From NCBI GenBank assembly GCA_046758365.1, contig JBHIAC010000004.1, positions 1 through 64,000 of the forward strand: a stretch of DNA of 64,000 bases, given 5' to 3'. Positions within the stretch are counted from its first letter, which is position 1, and the number at the start of each line of letters is the position of its first letter. Shown here one piece after another: positions 56,584-64,000 of the stretch. The stretch comes from a bacterium. Its GTDB lineage: Bacteria; Zhuqueibacterota; Zhuqueibacteria; Oceanimicrobiales; Oceanimicrobiaceae. The notes beneath the pieces were generated by a model, which saw only the letters and a list, made by a program, of their open reading frames with translations, had not been told where the DNA came from and did no database searches. A program made the position numbers and the translations under genes.

Positions 56584-56798
56584 ATAAATTATCTATTATC
56601 CTAACTTTCGCTTCATAACAACTTGAATAATGCTTTTCTGGAATTATTTTAATTCTCACCGTAAAAACTTGAGCAGGAATTCAGGTTACATATTTTTTAC
56701 TTGACAATGGTTTTAATTTTCTTTAATATAATATCGTTTTATAAGGTTCAAATAAACAGCAACATATCTCAATTGATAACCTAAGAAACGGAGGAATT

Positions 56799-57983
56799 AT
56801 GGTGGCTTTACGATTTGATTTTAGGGATCTTTTTCGTTCGAATCGACTTGCTTTTAGTCTTCAAAGAATTTGGATTCAATTTTTAGGATTGTCTGTTGGA
56901 TATTTTGGTTATTTTATTTTTACTATTTTGAGTTTTCTCATTGCTGGCAAGAGCATAAGTTGGATCATTGATCAATATGGGTTATTCCCTTGTCTTTTAG
57001 CTACAAGTGAACAAGTCCCTTTGATAGCCAAATTCGTGTTTGGAATTGGGTGTCTATTTTTGACCATAGCTTTTTTAATTACCAATACTGCCGTGTCAAG
57101 GGCTTCTTTTATGGTATTAAAAGGAAATAATTTCTATACTTGGCGAGAAGCATTTGCTTTTTCTCTAAAAAAGAGTGGTGCCGTACTCCTTAGCCCCATT
57201 GCAATCGGCCTGCTGATTGTTGCTTTTTTAGTTGGGGCTTGGTTTATCGGGTTATTAGGGAGAATTCCTAATCTCGGAGAAATAGGGATTTCTTTATTTA
57301 CTTTAATATGGATAAGTGCTTCACTGTTTATGGTTTTTTTGACATTAGTTGGTGGTGTAGTATTTATTTTAGCACCAGCCATTCTTGCCACTACCAATGA
57401 AGATGCCTTTGAAGCGATATTTCAAAGCTTCTCTACTTCATGGAGCCAACCGTGGAGGTTAATTCTGTATGAAGGAATTGTTGGAATTTTAAGTGTTACT
57501 GGATTTGTAATCTTGGCCATTTTTGTTAAACGCTCATTTCTTCTCATGAACGAACTCCTATCATTTTCCATGGGGGATAATTATATAAAATTAGCGGCAC
57601 ATGCGCAATATATTCTTCAGAGCTGGACATTAAGCATAAAAGATTGGCTAACCAATATTTTTGGCAGCCTGACTCCTTATTTCTATTTTTCACGTGATTT
57701 TATTGCCCGTGAACTACCAATTACTGTTAATATTGCTGCTTATATTTTTTCCATTAATATGGTGATTGTTGGGTTCTTGGTATTGTCATATTTACTAGCA
57801 ACCTTTAACACTGGTAGTATGATAACCTATCTTGTGTTGAGGAGATTAAAAGATGATGAAAATCTCCTTGAAAGGCAAGATGAAGAATTCGAACAAAAAG
57901 AAGAAGAAATGATAACCGAAGAGAGCGCTAGAAGCAAAAATGATAAGGAATCAGAAAATAAAACTGAAATAAAAGAAAGTTAA
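56799..57983 (+). CDS. Hypothetical polytopic membrane protein
   Basis: Several TM segments, acidic C-terminal tail, GGAGG RBS, TTGACA at 56701. Confidence 0.8.
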   Translation: MVALRFDFRDLFRSNRLAFSLQRIWIQFLGLSVGYFGYFIFTILSFLIAGKSISWIIDQYGLFPCLLATSEQVPLIAKFVFGIGCLFLTIAFLITNTAVSRASFMVLKGNNFYTWREAFAFSLKKSGAVLLSPIAIGLLIVAFLVGAWFIGLLGRIPNLGEIGISLFTLIWISASLFMVFLTLVGGVVFILAPAILATTNEDAFEAIFQSFSTSWSQPWRLILYEGIVGILSVTGFVILAIFVKRSFLLMNELLSFSMGDNYIKLAAHAQYILQSWTLSIKDWLTNIFGSLTPYFYFSRDFIARELPITVNIAAYIFSINMVIVGFLVLSYLLATFNTGSMITYLVLRRLKDDENLLERQDEEFEQKEEEMITEESARSKNDKESENKTEIKES

Positions 57984-58131
57984 GAATTTAATATTTTTTA
58001 CCGAATATATAAACTGATTGCGATTAAATTCGTTAACTTCATGGACTCTATTTGAATGTAAAAGGCAATTATGTTTTATATGCAATTTACCATTTAAATT
58101 TATATACATTAGATGTGGATCGGAGGCCCAG

Positions 58132-59178
58132 ATGAGTGTAAATCAATTACGACGAGATCCAATAACTGGTCGTTGGACGATAATTATTCAAGAAAACTAT
58201 GATCTACAACAATTAATTTCTAATAAACAACCTCGAGAAAGAACTTCAGCAAATAAAAATATGTCTCATTGTCAATTTTGTGAAGGTTATGAGTCAGAAA
58301 CACCTCCAGAAATATTTTCAATTCGTCACAATAAATCCCCCAAAGATGAACCGGGTTGGTCAGTGCGTGTAATACCAGATCAACACCCTTTTTTACAGAT
58401 TTATGGAAATTTAAATAATCGGGGGGTTGGTATGTATGACGTTTTGGACGGTATCGGCGCCCATGAGCTAGTCATAGAAACCCCTACTCATTTTTCCAGA
58501 ATTCCCGATTTGGATGTGAAACTCATACAAGATGTCTTATCTGTCTATCGCGAACGAATATTAGACTTGAAAAGAGATGAACGATTTCGATATGTGCTGC
58601 TTCATAAAAATTATGGTGAAGGGAGTATCGAAACGGTGAATCATTTGCATTCACATATCATAGCCACACCTATTACACCTACTCGTGTTAAAACGGAATT
58701 AATGAACGCCATGGATTATTTTCACTACAAGGAACGATGTATCTTTTGTGATGTAATAAATCAAGAGCTTACCGATGTAGAACGTATTATTATACAAAAC
58801 GACAAGTATCTCGTATTCGCCCCATTTGCATCACGCGCCCCATTTGAAGTCTGGATTTTGCCTAAAAAACATGAGACTTTCTTTGAATGGAATGCTGATT
58901 ATAGCCCATTGGCTTCAGCTCTTAAGGATATTTTATTAAAAATAAGTACTACTTTAAATGATCCGAATTATGTGATGGTTCTTCATTCTGGGCCCAATAT
59001 CTCTGCTGGAAAACTACGTGGTTATTGGAAGACTTTGGAACGAGATTACCACTGGCATATTGAAATTACTCCCAGATTTCGCGGATATACGAGTTTTGAC
59101 GTAGGGTCCGGATTTCAGATCAATTTGGTTCCACCTGAAAGAGCAGCCGAAATTCTCCGAGATGAAACAATCAATTGA
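58132..59178 (+). CDS. galT: Galactose-1-phosphate uridylyltransferase (GalT/HIT family), divergent
   Basis: LRRDPITGRW, CQFCEGYE..TPPE, GAHELVIETP, HLH, PFASRAPFE, YHWHIEI. Confidence 0.85.
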   Translation: MSVNQLRRDPITGRWTIIIQENYDLQQLISNKQPRERTSANKNMSHCQFCEGYESETPPEIFSIRHNKSPKDEPGWSVRVIPDQHPFLQIYGNLNNRGVGMYDVLDGIGAHELVIETPTHFSRIPDLDVKLIQDVLSVYRERILDLKRDERFRYVLLHKNYGEGSIETVNHLHSHIIATPITPTRVKTELMNAMDYFHYKERCIFCDVINQELTDVERIIIQNDKYLVFAPFASRAPFEVWILPKKHETFFEWNADYSPLASALKDILLKISTTLNDPNYVMVLHSGPNISAGKLRGYWKTLERDYHWHIEITPRFRGYTSFDVGSGFQINLVPPERAAEILRDETIN

Positions 59179-59199
59179 AGTTTTTGGGTTAAGGAGTAT

Positions 59200-60516
59200 T
59201 TGATGGGCAAAAATCCTTCAAACAATATCATGAACAAATTGGTATCTCTTTGTAAGAGAAGAGGATTTATATTTCAATCAAGTGAAATTTATGGCGGTTT
59301 AGATAGTTGCTATGATTATGGCTCTTTAGGGATTGAACTCAAAAGAAATATAAAGGAGTTTTGGTGGAAGAGTATGGTTCAACTCCGTGACGATATTGTG
59401 GGACTGGATTCGTCCATTCTTATGCATCCGAAAATTTGGGAGGCCTCGGGTCATGTTGAAGGATTTACAGACCCTATGGTGGATTGTAAAAACTGCAAAC
59501 GACGTTTTCGCGGTGATGAAATTAACACGGAAAAATGCCCTGTTTGCGGCGGTGAACTTACCGAGGCCCGACAATTTAACTTAATGTTTAAAACTCATAT
59601 GGGGCCTGTCATGGAGGATGCTTCAATTGTCTATTTGAGACCTGAGACCGCCCAAGGAATTTATGTAAACTTTTTAAATGTCCTACTCTCTTCACGAAAA
59701 AAGATTCCTTTTGGAATTGCTCAAATTGGTAAAGCTTTTCGGAATGAAATAACGCCTCGAAATTTTATTTTTAGGACCAGAGAATTCGAACAAATGGAAA
59801 TGCAGTTCTTTGTTAAACCAGGCACCGACGAGCAATGGTTTGAATATTGGAAAGAAAAGAGGATTCAATGGTATGATGATTTGGGGATCCATAAAGAAAA
59901 TTTAAGATTTCATCAACACGGTCCCGATGAATTAGCCCACTATGCGGCCGCTGCTTTTGATATCCAGTATCGGTTTCCTTTTGGTTGGAAGGAGTTGGAA
60001 GGCATTCACAACCGAACAGATTTTGATCTATCCCGACATCAAGAACATTCAGGCAAAGATATGCAATATTTTGATGATGCAACAAGAGAACGATATGTCC
60101 CTTACATAATCGAAACCTCCGCCGGTTGCGATAGAACGCTTTTAACCTGTTTAACAGATGCCTATGAAGAAGAAAATATAAATGGTGAAACTAGAGTTGT
60201 TTTACATCTTTCTCCTAAAATTGCTCCAATTAAAGCCGGTATTTTCCCATTGGTTAAACGGGACGGTATGCCAGAATTAGCACGCAAAATCGTGGAACAC
60301 TTAAGAAAGTATTTAATAGTATTCTATGATGAAAGTGGAGCTATCGGACGGAGATACAGACGTCAAGATGAAGCAGGAACCCCATTTTGTATAACGGTTG
60401 ATTCTCAGACATTGGAAGATGATAGTGTAACGGTTCGGGAAAGGGATTCTATGTCCCAAGAAAGGGTTTCGATTGATCATCTCTTACAATATTTTAGAGA
60501 CAAAATCGAATTTTAA
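59200..60516 (+). CDS. glyQS: Glycine--tRNA ligase (homodimeric type)
   Basis: [35 protein letters not shown]. Confidence 0.97.
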   Translation: MMGKNPSNNIMNKLVSLCKRRGFIFQSSEIYGGLDSCYDYGSLGIELKRNIKEFWWKSMVQLRDDIVGLDSSILMHPKIWEASGHVEGFTDPMVDCKNCKRRFRGDEINTEKCPVCGGELTEARQFNLMFKTHMGPVMEDASIVYLRPETAQGIYVNFLNVLLSSRKKIPFGIAQIGKAFRNEITPRNFIFRTREFEQMEMQFFVKPGTDEQWFEYWKEKRIQWYDDLGIHKENLRFHQHGPDELAHYAAAAFDIQYRFPFGWKELEGIHNRTDFDLSRHQEHSGKDMQYFDDATRERYVPYIIETSAGCDRTLLTCLTDAYEEENINGETRVVLHLSPKIAPIKAGIFPLVKRDGMPELARKIVEHLRKYLIVFYDESGAIGRRYRRQDEAGTPFCITVDSQTLEDDSVTVRERDSMSQERVSIDHLLQYFRDKIEF

Positions 60517-61775
60517 TGTAAAGGTTTTTTATTTGTTATATATTCGTCTTCAAATTCAACATCTTTATTATCAATATCCAAAATTTTTCTTAACCGATTA
60601 ATAATCGCTTGTATCCTCTTACTTTCTTTACGAATCCGTGCAAGTTCTTCCTCAGCACTTTCGCTCATAAGTTTTTCTTTGGTCAATTTATGATATTTTG
60701 CTAAAAGTTCCTCAATGTTAACGTTTTTATTATCAGTACTATTTTTTTCCTCACTGGTGCCTATATTGCTGGAATTAATCGAAGTAGGCAACCTGGGTGC
60801 GGGTTTTCTAAGATTAATTTGGGATCCAATCCGAAATCGCCAAAAAGGATAATTAGCAAGCTGGTCATTCACGCGATTAAGGGCTGTACCATCGCTTTGA
60901 TATAGGGTCGTGTCTTTAAAATTCGATAGTCTGATATCCCATCCTGCTAAAAGTGAAATCCAAGGTGATAGTCTATATTTAATTCCTGGTGTTAGGTAAA
61001 TAAAATCTTCCCTTCCATAGGCAGTTACAGGAGGCCTATTCAGAAAGGCCTGTCCAGTCAGTTCTAATGAAAAATCAAATTGATTGGTTGGAAAAGCGAA
61101 ACCTATCCCATATAAAAATTCTAAAGTTGGGTCCACCACCGTTATTATATCCTCAGGTGGACCATTGGCCAAAAATCTTCCGGTATCGTAATGATACCAA
61201 AGGCCAAGATTTAGATGTAAGTTAAAGGCACTTTCTGGAATGAGCAAGTCAGGCGAATAAGATATCTGGGTTATAAATCCGGCTTGTATTCTATCGCTTG
61301 AATAAGGCTCCAGTATAAGATTGTGTTTTGAGCCAATTGGGATACGGGTTCCAAAGGTAAGACCAAATTTAAATCTACTGGCAATACTGCCTAATGATCC
61401 AACTTTTATTTTTAAAATTAAATCATCTGGGGCATTAAATTCATTCTCTTTTTCACCTTTGTGATTGTCTTGAAACACTATTTGGGTAATAACCCATTCA
61501 ATATGTTTACTGGTGGCAAAATGAAAGGTTAGAGCGCCTTGAATGTCCCAATAAGTATTTTCCACAGTTATTCCATTTGATCTAGTAATACTTGCTTTTT
61601 CAAAATAAGAAGATGTATAACCGTGGAGTGTCATACCGCCCTTTTCCAAGTTCCACGCTGATGATAAATGAATAAGTCCTCTTCCACCAGGTAGGTTGAG
61701 CCCCCGCCCATAGATTTCTTGGTTAAAATAAAATAGTAATAGGGTTAACCAAAATATCTTAAATACAGATTTCAT
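60513..61775 (-). CDS. Hypothetical exported beta-barrel-like protein with C-terminal coiled coil
   Basis: Signal peptide, beta-strand pattern, charged helical tail. Confidence 0.65.
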   Translation of the reverse strand: MKSVFKIFWLTLLLFYFNQEIYGRGLNLPGGRGLIHLSSAWNLEKGGMTLHGYTSSYFEKASITRSNGITVENTYWDIQGALTFHFATSKHIEWVITQIVFQDNHKGEKENEFNAPDDLILKIKVGSLGSIASRFKFGLTFGTRIPIGSKHNLILEPYSSDRIQAGFITQISYSPDLLIPESAFNLHLNLGLWYHYDTGRFLANGPPEDIITVVDPTLEFLYGIGFAFPTNQFDFSLELTGQAFLNRPPVTAYGREDFIYLTPGIKYRLSPWISLLAGWDIRLSNFKDTTLYQSDGTALNRVNDQLANYPFWRFRIGSQINLRKPAPRLPTSINSSNIGTSEEKNSTDNKNVNIEELLAKYHKLTKEKLMSESAEEELARIRKESKRIQAIINRLRKILDIDNKDVEFEDEYITNKKPLH

Positions 61776-62019
61776 ATTCCATCTATCCTAAAATTAATCT
61801 AAATTATTATAAAATAACGCAAAGGCTGTGCCATAAAAGTAATATTAATTCTTTAACTATCAATATTTTATTAACTTAGGTTATTTAACTAAACAATATA
61901 AATGTTGAAAATGGCTATATTAATGTAACATCGTGAAACATTTTGACCTAAGTTGTAACATGCTTAAATCTTTTAAAGATGAGAAACGAATCAGTGAGAA
62001 TATTGTGTATTTATATAGA

Positions 62020-62185
62020 CCTAAATTGAACGATTTTACCTTGAATTGTTTCCTAAACAAGTTTCAGTAAAATTAGTGTTGGGTGTTAATATTAGGTGTT
62101 CACGCTTGAGCGTGATGTCCCCACCCAATGCAAGCTGAAGCTTGAACACCGTCTGCTCCCCTGTTATAAAATCGCTCAATTCAGG
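62020..62185. mobile_element. MITE-like element family A, copy 2
   Basis: Same TIRs and internal REP-like doublet as 10518-10669, plus a 13-bp internal duplication. Confidence 0.8.
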
Positions 62186-62391
62186 ATAGCATGAATTAAA
62201 TGATTATACCTCTACTCACCTAAAGAGCGGTTTCAAGAATCTGATTAATTTAATATATTGGGGTTGTTCCTCAGTTTACTCCACTAAAAATAACTTACAA
62301 ATTCCTCTTCTCCTGCTAATGGAATATCAAAATAGGAAACGTCACTAAAAAAATGCTTAACAATGAAAGTCACTGGTAAGCCCGCCGCGCG

Positions 62392-62510
62392 CTATTTGAG
62401 CTTGTAAGAAGAGAGGGCTGAGGATTCGGGACGCGGTGATAATATTTGACTTAAGGGTCAACGACTAGGTCCAAGCTCTCCAGCACAAGTTGCCCCATGA
62501 GGGGTTCCGC
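62392..62510 (-). pseudogene. Remnant resembling the C-terminus of a clan AA (retropepsin-like) aspartic protease
   Basis: AEPLMGQLVLESLDLVVDP, then across a stop and frameshifts PRPES...KLK. Confidence 0.5.
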
Positions 62511-62533
62511 CCAACATGGGCGCAACTAAACAG

Positions 62534-63025
62534 TCATAATGCGTTTTTCTGTCTTTCTTCCAAAATCGCTTCCAATTCTGCAATGGCCTCAAAGTCTTTA
62601 GGCCGGCCGGCAGCGCGCTTTAGGTGAATTAATCGTTCCAGACCGAGGCAATAACAGTTCACGCCAAACACTTTGATTTGCTGAGAATAGGGGAGCAAAT
62701 CTTCATAAGTTCCTCCACCAACAACTTCTCCAAGCAGATCCAAATTACCGAGCTTGGTTGTCAGAGTGAAATTCAGCCCCTTTTCCACCGTTTCTTTATC
62801 GAATACGAAAGGCAGTGCGGGTGGTGCATACCGCAGATATGGAGAATAAGGTTTTAGCGTTTGCACCAGGCGCTTAATATTATCCGAATCGCGAGCATAA
62901 ACCACATCCAAATCGAACGTTACTCGTGCCGAACCGTGCACAATGGCAGCTACTCCGCTAATAATAACAAACTTTACCTTGCCTTTAACCAGGGTGGGAA
63001 TTAGCTTCTTGTAATCAATGGTAAT
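62534..63025 (-). CDS. Nucleotidyltransferase-fold protein (putative toxin), no canonical start codon at the expected N-terminus
   Basis: The frame extends upstream of GTG 62941 as IDYKKLIPTLVKGKVKFVIISGVAAIVHGSARVTFDLD; ends LKRAAGRPKDFEAI. Confidence 0.7.
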   Translation of the reverse strand: MTIDYKKLIPTLVKGKVKFVIISGVAAIVHGSARVTFDLDVVYARDSDNIKRLVQTLKPYSPYLRYAPPALPFVFDKETVEKGLNFTLTTKLGNLDLLGEVVGGGTYEDLLPYSQQIKVFGVNCYCLGLERLIHLKRAAGRPKDFEAIAELEAILEERQKNAL

Positions 63026-63243
63026 CTGGGAACTCTCTTAGGTGCCACCGATTGGCGAACCTTCTGGCCGGCTTCTCGAAGTTCGTCTGTGAATTGCATG
63101 AAATTTTGCAGATTAAGAAGGCGTTCTTCCACCGTGAGTTTGAGATTCTCGCGGATCAGCGTTCGATCTACATCCTTCTTGTAAATATTGATGACTGCCT
63201 GAATGCTGCTACCTGGTATTTTTGTCGATTTGAATTTGTGCAT
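63001..63243 (-). CDS. Small partner protein of the nucleotidyltransferase (putative antitoxin)
   Basis: YKKDVDRTLIRENLKLTVEERL motif, directly upstream of and overlapping the NTase. Confidence 0.65.
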   Translation of the reverse strand: MHKFKSTKIPGSSIQAVINIYKKDVDRTLIRENLKLTVEERLLNLQNFMQFTDELREAGQKVRQSVAPKRVPRLPLITRS

Positions 63244-63315
63244 CGCAGTTTAATTTTTAAATTAAAAAAATCGCCAATCTAATCTCATAAAAATAAACCA
63301 AATTTAGCTTTAAAG

Positions 63316-63489
63316 CTACTGACCATTTTGCTTGTTTTTCTGCTTCGTGGTCTCTATTATTATATGGCTTTTTGTCCAAATACCGCCTAACTTCAAAGGC
63401 TTCTGACTTTGTTTTAATGAAAATTTCAAAGTATGAATTTCATTTTCTATCTTTTCTAACTTTTTTATTATTAAATCCACATTGCCCAT
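63316..63489 (-). CDS. Small hypothetical protein (57 aa), possibly an antitoxin-like remnant
   Basis: Purine-rich RBS, ATG, MGNVDLIIKKLEKIENEIHTLKFSLKQSQKPLKLGGIW... Confidence 0.45.
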   Translation of the reverse strand: MGNVDLIIKKLEKIENEIHTLKFSLKQSQKPLKLGGIWTKSHIIIETTKQKNKQNGQ

Positions 63490-63677
63490 TCCTTCTCTCC
63501 TTCATATAACCAATCTTTTACTTTTGATCTAATATAATTTTCTTTTTACAAAATAACAAGTTTTTTTCATGGAAATGATGAAAGAAGAAATAGCGTAGAA
63601 GAAAAGAGCCGCAGATTAGCTAAAAGATTTATGCAAATGGCAATTAGGAAATGAATTAATGTATAACATGAACTTAG

Positions 63678-64000
63678 TTAAAATTTCCCCTGCATCCGCT
63701 CCTTCGCTGGTAAAATCTCCAGGCAGGTGGTCCACCAGCCTGTCAAAATGGTATCGATAAACTCTTGGGGAAGGATTTCTTCTTTCATTTCTTTAGCCAG
63801 ACGTTGGTAATCATATTCCATGCGGATGAATTCGATTTCTACATGTCTGTTGGCAGAAAGTATGGCGTACCACACATTGGTTTCGCCATCATTTTCAGGT
63901 CTACCTATAACGCCCACATTCGCAAAAAACTTGCCCTCTGCTACCTCTCTTTTCCAGTGAATCCCTGTGTGTGTAGCCAGAATGATGTCGGCTTTGTAAT
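63678..64000 (-). CDS. Metallophosphoesterase family protein, C-terminal part (runs off the window)
   Basis: ADIILATHTG, NVGVIGRPENDG, FIRMEYDY. Confidence 0.75.
   Translation of the reverse strand, partial: YKADIILATHTGIHWKREVAEGKFFANVGVIGRPENDGETNVWYAILSANRHVEIEFIRMEYDYQRLAKEMKEEILPQEFIDTILTGWWTTCLEILPAKERMQGKF

Overview
This is a low-GC bacterial chromosome segment. The C-terminal sorting/FlgD-Ig domain, LptD, the homodimer-type GlyRS and the gene set suggest a diderm of the FCB-related lineages (KSB1/Calditrichota-like); this is inference only. The region looks origin-proximal: genes run mostly on the minus strand up to about 18.3 kb and on the plus strand after it, and an AT-rich gap with DnaA boxes lies at about 15.9-16.6 kb. 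Housekeeping content includes tsaD, thiC with a TPP riboswitch, pyrFE, thrB, rarA, lptD, parAB, an M23 peptidase plus bactofilin, a complete F-type ATP synthase operon, aspS, phoH-HD-ybeY-CBS, a galT-like gene and glyQS. The most notable locus is a 7-gene cluster at 36.8-47.8 kb: two giant TPR proteins (one with a lectin-like tail), a small GltF/CglF-like protein, ExbB/TolQ, two ExbD/TolR and a GltG/TonB-like protein. It resembles the core of the myxobacterial Agl-Glt motor, with unknown function here. Other findings: an ECF sigma/anti-sigma module with an unannotated secreted Cys-rich mini-protein; several families of tiny MITE-like elements, one inserted with a 6-bp target duplication inside the atp operon; gene remnants; a candidate structured RNA; and a decayed toxin-antitoxin-like patch at the right end.
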